Source: a virus (taxonomy: Duplodnaviria > Caudoviricetes). From it: a stretch of 64,000 nt of DNA. A program made the translations under genes and the position numbers. The notes below the pieces were generated by a model. It saw nothing but the letters and a program-made list of their open reading frames with translations, was not told the origin of the DNA and did no database searches. The stretch spans positions 1,446 through 65,445 of IMG/VR virus record IMGVR_UViG_3300021962_008356. The stretch is one strand, 5' to 3'. This document shows positions 57,275 to 64,000 of the stretch, piece after piece; within the stretch, counting starts at the first letter, position 1, and every line of letters starts with the position of its first letter.

Positions 57275-57769
57275 ATGACCAAATACGAAGATCACATAGC
57301 CGAGCTTTGCAGCAAACACAAGATCAAAATTCAGCGCAGCCGTAACGACAATGCGGTTAATATGCTCGACAAGATCATTTGGATCAATCACAACATTAGG
57401 TCAATCAAAACATACTTTGGTGCTCTTCACGAAATTGGTCATGTTGTAAACGAACATCCACTTATCTATTTCAACATGAATAGAGTGTTGTGGAATCAAA
57501 GTCGTAGCGAGTCGTGTGTTTTTGTAAGCAAGTATCGAATGCAAACCGAAGTGGATGCGTGGAAACGAGCATTCGATATTGCAAAATGGACAAACCCCAC
57601 AGCAGATAAACTTGCAGTCACATGTTTATTTACATACATCTACGGTTACAACGAAAGTCATAAAAAGCCGTTCAAAGATCTCGACAACGATTTTATGAGT
57701 TATATCCACGCAAAACACAGCAACGACAACAACATGATGCGCAAGCTTAAAGAACTGTTATTCGCATGA
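57275..57769 (+). CDS. HExxH metallopeptidase-like protein
   Basis: LHEIGH...EVDAW. Confidence 0.7.
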   Translation: MTKYEDHIAELCSKHKIKIQRSRNDNAVNMLDKIIWINHNIRSIKTYFGALHEIGHVVNEHPLIYFNMNRVLWNQSRSESCVFVSKYRMQTEVDAWKRAFDIAKWTNPTADKLAVTCLFTYIYGYNESHKKPFKDLDNDFMSYIHAKHSNDNNMMRKLKELLFA

Positions 57770-58287
57770 ACTTTGAAAATTACACACCTCCCGATTGGAA
57801 TCAATGGTTTTTACAAGGCGTTTACTGGATTGCCAGTAAAAGCAAAGATCCCAAGACCAAGATTGGAGCAATCATCGTCAAAGACAATCGCATTATTTCC
57901 ACGGGTTACAATGGCATACCTCATGGTGTCAACGATGATATTGCTTGGCGTCATGAACGTCCCGAGAAATACAAGTGGTTTGAACACGGAGAACGCAATG
58001 CCATTTACAGCGCAGCAAAGTATGGTATCAGCACCGAGAATGCTGTTTTATACACCAATGCCATGCCATGTGCTGATTGTGCCAGAGGCGTTATTCAAGC
58101 TGGTATAAAAGAAGTGTATGTACACAAACAATTTACTGACTTGACAGAATCTATTGTGCGTGATCAATGGAAAGGTCATCATATTGCTACAGCATCAATG
58201 TTGAATGAAGCTGGTGTGGGATTTTTTGAAGTAGATGCAAATTTAGGATGCAAAGCCTATTTTGATGGAAAAGTTTACGATATTTAA
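57766..58287 (+). CDS. dCMP deaminase
   Basis: SKDP..KIGA, TGYNG, HGERNA, PCADC. Confidence 0.93.
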   Translation: MNFENYTPPDWNQWFLQGVYWIASKSKDPKTKIGAIIVKDNRIISTGYNGIPHGVNDDIAWRHERPEKYKWFEHGERNAIYSAAKYGISTENAVLYTNAMPCADCARGVIQAGIKEVYVHKQFTDLTESIVRDQWKGHHIATASMLNEAGVGFFEVDANLGCKAYFDGKVYDI

Positions 58288-58293
58288 CACTAT

Positions 58294-58557
58294 ATGACCT
58301 ACAAACCTGCGTTTTATTTTCGATATCCGTGTGTGCAATTCAATCTTGAAAATGCTTGGTACGACTATTTTAGTTTAAGCATTTTCTTTCCGTATTTTGA
58401 AGCTGGAAAAATGCGTGAAGATTTGGATGAAGAAAACAACACCTATTCATTCAATGCACCAACCACAATCAGTTTTGTGAAAAGCACAATTCATGTGGGC
58501 ATGAAAGTTCAATTGCTTGGGTTTGGATTTGGATTGTTGCGTCAGAATGGTTATTGA
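58294..58557 (+). CDS. hypothetical protein
   Basis: Full ORF. Confidence 0.5.
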   Translation: MTYKPAFYFRYPCVQFNLENAWYDYFSLSIFFPYFEAGKMREDLDEENNTYSFNAPTTISFVKSTIHVGMKVQLLGFGFGLLRQNGY

Positions 58558-58934
58558 CGATCACGGCGACGAACTGAATCAAAGAACTTTGTGTTTTGAT
58601 TGTCGGTTCTGAAGACTGTTATTTCACGATCAGTTAAACGCATGTATTTTTTGGCACGTTTGTACAACTTCGTGCCAATTTTTTTTCTACGATATGGTCG
58701 TTTGACATAAAGCATGAATTGCCATGCTCCTTTTTTGTCTTGTTTGATGATTGCCCAACCAACCACCACTTTTCCATCTTTTGCCAGAAATACTTGATTG
58801 AGTGGTGGACGATCAGGTCTACAACATTCCACAAAAACGTTGTATATTGCGCCACTTGCCACAAGTTTGGCACACATTGTTTCTTCAGCTATTGTTACAT
58901 CCTTTGCGAATTTGGAATAAATTCGGATTGGCAC
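58551..58934 (-). CDS. GNAT acetyltransferase
   Basis: YVKRPYRRKKIGTKL motif A; GTG start. Confidence 0.75.
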   Translation of the reverse strand: MPIRIYSKFAKDVTIAEETMCAKLVASGAIYNVFVECCRPDRPPLNQVFLAKDGKVVVGWAIIKQDKKGAWQFMLYVKRPYRRKKIGTKLYKRAKKYMRLTDREITVFRTDNQNTKFFDSVRRRDRQ

Positions 58935-58937
58935 ATA

Positions 58938-59888
58938 TTATAAATATGATCCAATAGTGTCATAAATAGCTTCGGTGAATGGCGTTAGCTTGAAATCTGG
59001 AAATTCTTTACGAAACTCTGATGTGTCAATTGCATAACGCAGATCATGACCTTTTCGGTCGGTCACTGGTTTGAACCATTGCCAGTCCACTTCCACACCA
59101 GTCAAATGCGTGTAAGCTGTTTTGAGCACAGTGATAAGTTCAAGATTGCTCAGTTCAAACTCTCCACCAATCAAATACTGCTTTCCAATTGTACCGTTGA
59201 TTGTTACTTCTAGGATGGCGTTGGCATGATCTTTGACGTAAATCCAGTCACGCACGTTGCTACCATCCCCATACAAAGGAATAGGTTGACGAGACTTGAG
59301 TCGTTGAATACACAACGGAATCATCTTTTCTGGAAACTGCCTTGGTCCAAAGTTGTTGCTACAATTGGTAATTACTGCTGGTAACTTGTAGGTATGAATA
59401 TAGCTTCGCACCAACAAATCGCTGGCGGCTTTGCTGGCTGAATATGGACTGTTGGGACGATATGGACTGTTTGCTGTAAATGCTGCTTCACAAAAATCAA
59501 GACTACCAAACACTTCGTCGGTAGACACATGTACAAACTTCTTTAGACCTTGATGTTGTCTCAAATCCTTGAGAATGTTGTGGGTGCCAACGATGTTGGT
59601 TTGAATGAACGGATCTGCGTTGGCTATGCTGTTGTCAACATGACTTTCAGCAGCAAAATGCACCACATACTCTATGTTGTAGCTTTTCAATAAATGCAGA
59701 ATCGTGTGTTTTGAAATGTCTATGTTGAAGTGATGGTATTTTGAGTTTGCCGCAAACGGTAAATTTTTGTTGGCGGCATAGGTCATGCAATCAACGTTGA
59801 CAACGCAGTTTACATCGTCTCTATCCAACAATTGTTCGATAAAGTGTGATCCAATAAATCCACATCCACCAGTAACTAGTATATTCAT
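58938..59888 (-). CDS. rfbB: dTDP-glucose 4,6-dehydratase
   Basis: TGGCGFIGS, HFAAESHVDNSI, STDEV, PYSASK, NNFGPRQFPEK, GHDLRY. Confidence 0.96.
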   Translation of the reverse strand: MNILVTGGCGFIGSHFIEQLLDRDDVNCVVNVDCMTYAANKNLPFAANSKYHHFNIDISKHTILHLLKSYNIEYVVHFAAESHVDNSIANADPFIQTNIVGTHNILKDLRQHQGLKKFVHVSTDEVFGSLDFCEAAFTANSPYRPNSPYSASKAASDLLVRSYIHTYKLPAVITNCSNNFGPRQFPEKMIPLCIQRLKSRQPIPLYGDGSNVRDWIYVKDHANAILEVTINGTIGKQYLIGGEFELSNLELITVLKTAYTHLTGVEVDWQWFKPVTDRKGHDLRYAIDTSEFRKEFPDFKLTPFTEAIYDTIGSYL

Positions 59889-60754
59889 GCTTTTTTCCAG
59901 TTGGCTAAACAGTTGTCGAGTGCTTCATCAACGGTTCTCATTTTGATGCCAGCATTCAATAGTTTTGAATTGTCCAGGATACAATTGCTGCGAGGCGTCT
60001 TGGCGAAGCTGGCGTATAGCTCATCTTCGTTGATCAATTCAAATTTTTGATCTTTGGCGATGGTGTTTTGAAGCTTTTTGACCAATTGTTCGGTTGTGAT
60101 TGTTCCAGTGTTGGTGATGTTGTAGATACCATACGGAACCTTTTTGTTGATGGTTTCAATGCAAGCACGTACAAACTCGGTTTTGTGACTGATGCTATTT
60201 TCGGCTTGTAGTATCTTTGGATACTTCATCATTTTGCTGATATAGTTTCTTGGACCATCGTTTTCATCAAAAGGAATTCTCAAACGCCAGATATAATGTT
60301 TTTCCCAACGACTAACTACTTTTTCGCCCAAAGTTTTGGTTCCGCTATAAAAGCTACAGTTGTTTTGGTTCCAACTGAAATTTGGCTCGTCTTCTTCGGT
60401 GAATCCAGAACCATCTGGCTTGGTTCCTTGATAAATACATCCACTACTTACATGTCCTAGTGGAATATCGTTGAGAGTACACCAATCTGTGAGTATTTGA
60501 GGAAATACTACGTTGCCATGCACTGCTGCTTCTTTGTTGAGTTCACACGCATCTACGTTTGGTTTGCCAGTATAGCCAGCGGCATTGATAACTGCACCAA
60601 TAAGTGGATAGCCAGCTTCTTCATACCATCTTTCCAAATCAGCAAATGTGGTTTTGTGTGAATCAGGCCAAAAGAAAGCTGGAATTTTTGCAGCTTCAAG
60701 TTGTCGTGCAAATTCGCTACCAATGTAGCCATTTGAACCAAATAGAATTATCAT
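59885..60754 (-). CDS. NDP-4-keto-6-deoxyglucose reductase / 3,5-epimerase-reductase (RmlD/NRS-ER-like)
   Basis: GSNGYIG, GYTGKPNVDACE, SSGCIY, FYSGTK, LRIPF, RSNC. Confidence 0.8.
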   Translation of the reverse strand: MIILFGSNGYIGSEFARQLEAAKIPAFFWPDSHKTTFADLERWYEEAGYPLIGAVINAAGYTGKPNVDACELNKEAAVHGNVVFPQILTDWCTLNDIPLGHVSSGCIYQGTKPDGSGFTEEDEPNFSWNQNNCSFYSGTKTLGEKVVSRWEKHYIWRLRIPFDENDGPRNYISKMMKYPKILQAENSISHKTEFVRACIETINKKVPYGIYNITNTGTITTEQLVKKLQNTIAKDQKFELINEDELYASFAKTPRSNCILDNSKLLNAGIKMRTVDEALDNCLANWKKA

Positions 60755-61596
60755 AGTGTTAGTTTTGTAAGATACTCACGGTATTCGCTCTTGGGCAAGC
60801 CTTCTACGAGCTTTTTTAGTTGTTGCTTGTCAATAAAACCTTGTCTGAAACATTCCTCTTCAACACATCCAATTTTGATGCCTTGACGCTCTTGCACAGT
60901 TTGCACATAAGCTCCGCTTTGATACAGCGATTCTGGAGTGCCAGCATCCAACCAAGCTGTGCCTCTTGGAAACTCAATCACTGTGAGTTTCTTTTGGTGT
61001 AGATATACATTGTTCAGATCTGTGATTTCTAGCTCACCACGTTTTGATGGTTTGAGCTTTCGTGCATATTCAACCACATTGTTGTCATAGAAATACAAAC
61101 CAGGCACAGCATAGTTGCTTTTTGGTACAGTTGGCTTTTCTTCAATGCTGATAGCCAATCCATTTTCATCGAATTCAACCACACCATAAGCAGTTGGGTT
61201 GTTAACATGATAAGCAAATATGATTGCACCATCTAGTGTGGGCTGAACCTTTGCCATTCCATGAAAAATATTGTCGCCCAAAATTAATCCCACACTATCA
61301 TCTTTGATAAAATCTTCAGCAATCACAAAAGCTTCTGCGATGCCTCTGGGTTTATACTGTATTTCATAACATATGTCAAGACCATACTTTTTGCCGTCAC
61401 CAAATAGCTTTTCATATTTGTGAATGTCTTCTGGGGTGCTGATGATGCAAAACTCACGTATACCACAAGTAATCATGGTAGACATGGGATAATAAATCAT
61501 TGGTTTGTCGTAAACAGGCAACAATTGCTTGTTAACCGTTGTGGTCAGTGGATACAAGCGAGAACCAGTTCCTCCAGATAAAATAATGCCTTTCAT
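60751..61596 (-). CDS. rfbA: glucose-1-phosphate thymidylyltransferase
   Basis: GIILSGGTGSRLYP, KQLLPVYDKPMIYYP, LGDNIF, EEKP, RGELEITD, WLDAGT. Confidence 0.97.
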   Translation of the reverse strand: MKGIILSGGTGSRLYPLTTTVNKQLLPVYDKPMIYYPMSTMITCGIREFCIISTPEDIHKYEKLFGDGKKYGLDICYEIQYKPRGIAEAFVIAEDFIKDDSVGLILGDNIFHGMAKVQPTLDGAIIFAYHVNNPTAYGVVEFDENGLAISIEEKPTVPKSNYAVPGLYFYDNNVVEYARKLKPSKRGELEITDLNNVYLHQKKLTVIEFPRGTAWLDAGTPESLYQSGAYVQTVQERQGIKIGCVEEECFRQGFIDKQQLKKLVEGLPKSEYREYLTKLTL

Positions 61597-61669
61597 AACA
61601 ATATAGCTATATCAAATACATATCAAATTATTGAATCAGTTTCGTTATTATAATTACCTATGTAAATCC

Positions 61670-62635
61670 ATGAACATTGAATACATTGCTCAATATGGCA
61701 CATCTGGTTATGCTACAGCAGCAAAAGGCAATATGCTTTATTTACTGAATCAAAGCAATCAGATTTGCTTTTCTCCATTGATATTTGATGACAGCACAAT
61801 TGACAAAGAATGGAGTGTTGATCAGCAGGTTTGTAGCAGAATGACTCCACTACAGAAATATGATGTTCAAATTATTCATACACTTCCCAATCTATGGAGC
61901 ATGATAAAACCAAAAGTAAAAAAAGACTATTATGTCAAGCAAATTGGTTATTGTACTTGGGAGTCATCATTAGTACCTGCTAATTGGATAGATCAGATCA
62001 ACTTATGTGATGAGCTATGGGTTCCCAGTAAGTTTAATCAAACAAGCTTTGCCAGAAGTGGAGTAACAATACCAATTCAGGTGTTTCCTCACATATTCTT
62101 TGATCAGCAGTTGCCACAACGAAATACAGTAGAACTACAAGATTTTCGTGGTAGAACTATTCCAAATGATGTGTTTACATTTTACTGCATAGCTGAATAC
62201 ACAGATCGAAAGGGTATAGATGATCTTTTGGATTGCTATCGCAGATTTCATAATAAGTACAAAATGAATCAGCTTGTATTGAAGCTTCACCACAAGAATT
62301 ACAGTGATCAAAACATTGCTTATGTTGAAAATGCCATCAAACCTTATGGAGACAGTGTATATCTCATCAGCAAAAACGTAAGCAACAAGGAACTGCTAGA
62401 AATCCACAGCTTGGGTGATTGTTATGTGAGCCTTCATAAAGGAGAAGGTTTTGGTTTGAGTTTATACGATGCTGTGAACTATGGAAAAAAGATCATAGCC
62501 ACCAACTATGGAGGACCAGTAGATTATCTTACAGATGGTCATCAGAAAATACCGTATCATATGGCAGGTGAATGGGCTTATCCAGATTTGGGTAAGGTAG
62601 CAGAAAGCATGGATTTTTTATTTTGGATAGGATGA
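61670..62635 (+). CDS. GT4-like glycosyltransferase (paralog of 12820)
   Basis: QYGTSGYATAAKG, WESS, RKG, GEGFGL, WAYPDL. Confidence 0.88.
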   Translation: MNIEYIAQYGTSGYATAAKGNMLYLLNQSNQICFSPLIFDDSTIDKEWSVDQQVCSRMTPLQKYDVQIIHTLPNLWSMIKPKVKKDYYVKQIGYCTWESSLVPANWIDQINLCDELWVPSKFNQTSFARSGVTIPIQVFPHIFFDQQLPQRNTVELQDFRGRTIPNDVFTFYCIAEYTDRKGIDDLLDCYRRFHNKYKMNQLVLKLHHKNYSDQNIAYVENAIKPYGDSVYLISKNVSNKELLEIHSLGDCYVSLHKGEGFGLSLYDAVNYGKKIIATNYGGPVDYLTDGHQKIPYHMAGEWAYPDLGKVAESMDFLFWIG

Positions 62636-62726
62636 CGAATCAGCTTGACATGCAGCGCCTGCGTGGTGTAAAGTGTTATTGTGCTTAAAACTGTAAACAA
62701 TTAGAAGAACTTCTATTATACTAGAG

Positions 62727-62930
62727 ATGAATGATCAAATACGTGAGGTTGTACATAGTCATTGTGAACAAATTAAAAACGATGTGAACACTGAAAGCAT
62801 ATCCAAAGCGATAAAATCGGTGGATGCGATTGTACAACGAATGTATATGGAATTGTATGGACTAAAAGACATACGATATCAGTCACCCGTTAAAACTTCC
62901 GTCACAGAAAAGAAAGGACATTGCTGCTAA
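62727..62930 (+). CDS. hypothetical protein
   Basis: Small ORF after a TTGACA-containing intergenic region. Confidence 0.5.
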   Translation: MNDQIREVVHSHCEQIKNDVNTESISKAIKSVDAIVQRMYMELYGLKDIRYQSPVKTSVTEKKGHCC

Positions 62931-62934
62931 AATT

Positions 62935-63150
62935 ATGAGCGAACCCATCAACACTGCAAATTCCACCAACATCAGCGAGTTTGAAAGAACCAAGCCGGTG
63001 ATCACCATGAAGAAGCTCAATGATTTGATCTACAAAATTGAAGAAGAGCGAGTCAAGACCGAGATTCTTTACAAGGACCGAGTAAGAAGTCTTGACGAGA
63101 TCAAGAGCTTGTTGTATAGTGTGAAAGACAGCTTCAAGAAAGGCGAATAA
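62935..63150 (+). CDS. hypothetical protein
   Basis: Small ORF in tight array. Confidence 0.55.
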   Translation: MSEPINTANSTNISEFERTKPVITMKKLNDLIYKIEEERVKTEILYKDRVRSLDEIKSLLYSVKDSFKKGE

Positions 63151-63152
63151 AC

Positions 63153-63398
63153 GTGAAACAAAACGCTACAATTATTACCCGCACTAATCCATATCTCAAC
63201 TTTGGTCAGACCGGAGAGGTTCTTGGATTCAACGAATTCAGTGACGAAGTGGTTTTCAAACCGCATGGTGATCGCAGTAAGTATAATTTACATTGGCGAG
63301 AAGTATGGTATCAGAAAGATGCATACAACTATGAAGCTCTCAACAAAGCTTTGGACTATCTAACAAACATCAATAAAAACAACAAACAGAAAAACTAA
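63153..63398 (+). CDS. hypothetical protein
   Basis: GTG start, tight packing. Confidence 0.5.
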   Translation: MKQNATIITRTNPYLNFGQTGEVLGFNEFSDEVVFKPHGDRSKYNLHWREVWYQKDAYNYEALNKALDYLTNINKNNKQKN

Positions 63399-63399
63399 T

Positions 63400-63741
63400 A
63401 TGTCATCCCAATCCACTAAGAGTCTTATTCTGGCATTCGCCGAGCGGTCACGCCACCACCTCAATAAAGCTGACTATTTTCGTAAAGAAATTGAACCGTT
63501 GCTTTTGAAGCTGTATCCCAGCCTCGACGGCAAGATTGAAGACGGTACATCCGATTGGAGTTGCGACATCATGAACGCCGAAAATGATGCCGAGGTTGAA
63601 GCCACCTTGCAGCGTATTCATCAAATTGAGACCCGTCGCAACAAAGAATTGAAGATTCGTGTGTTGAGTGATCGTCTAAACGTGCTGGAACATGAAGTCT
63701 CGCAAGTCGAAACGGAACTCCGCAAGCTCGAAAGGGAGTAA
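63400..63741 (+). CDS. hypothetical coiled-coil protein
   Basis: C-terminal heptad pattern. Confidence 0.6.
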   Translation: MSSQSTKSLILAFAERSRHHLNKADYFRKEIEPLLLKLYPSLDGKIEDGTSDWSCDIMNAENDAEVEATLQRIHQIETRRNKELKIRVLSDRLNVLEHEVSQVETELRKLERE

Positions 63742-63775
63742 CAAACGCAACAAAAAGTTTATCAAACCAAAACAC

Positions 63776-64000
63776 ATGATTGGTGAGTATAAACCATTCA
63801 GTGCTTCTTTGCATAAAAAGAACGACCCCAAATCTCGTCGGGTTGTCAAGGAGTATCTACAAAAGAAAGATATTGACCTTGAAGACAATCCCGACAAGTA
63901 TGGGGTCGATTTGATTTCCAAAGATGGCTCTGTCAAAGTGGAAGTGGAACATCGTCTTAGTTGGCAAGGTCCAGAGTTTCCATTCAATGAAATCAATGTA
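63776..64000 (+). CDS. putative PD-(D/E)XK-fold protein (runs off window end)
   Basis: Manual translation MIGEYKPF...DKYGVDL...VEVEHR..W. Confidence 0.5.
   Translation, partial: MIGEYKPFSASLHKKNDPKSRRVVKEYLQKKDIDLEDNPDKYGVDLISKDGSVKVEVEHRLSWQGPEFPFNEINV

Noticed and set aside
62600-62635. SMDFLF at the GT C-terminus resembling the T4 clamp-binding SLDFLF
   Set aside because: It falls in the terminal GT-B helix, is absent from paralog 12820 and differs from this phage's own EFFxF tail; probably chance
1-64000. Stop-codon reassignment as in some jumbo phages
   Set aside because: Known genes are full length in code 11 and TAA, TAG and TGA all end genes at expected positions; the one split gene changes frame
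1-64000. CRISPR array, tRNA or rRNA genes
   Set aside because: Intergenic gaps are mostly under 100 bp and I saw no regular repeats or cloverleafs; the Cas4-like gene has no cas neighbours

Overview
This window is part of a large, gene-dense dsDNA phage genome (T4-like/jumbo type) in the standard genetic code. It encodes a family-B DNA polymerase, a gp45-like sliding clamp, a clamp loader, an SF2 helicase, a Cas4-like nuclease, dUTPase and dCMP deaminase. Its dominant feature is a ~27 kb island (9.1-36.3 kb) of about 30 apparently soluble glycosyltransferases, methyltransferases and glycan-modifying enzymes. Phage-encoded nucleotide-sugar pathways (UDP-Galf, GDP-6-deoxyhexose, dTDP-rhamnose) could supply it, and the window has no flippase, polymerase or export genes. 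Also seen: (i) a Pit transporter and outer-membrane barrel behind five Pho-box-like units at exact 11-bp spacing; (ii) a short nTAnnTAT element a few nt upstream of many start codons, including a 16-bp bidirectional instance; (iii) sigma70-type promoters with a constant 16-bp spacer; (iv) modular putative head polyproteins, one ending in a lysozyme preceded by an internal signal-like segment; (v) a small gene between polymerase and clamp that shares the polymerase's C-terminal putative clamp-binding tail; (vi) IscU, ClpP-like, Dps-like, PPase and TM-PAS auxiliary genes. All family calls come from motif recognition by eye; no database searches were run.
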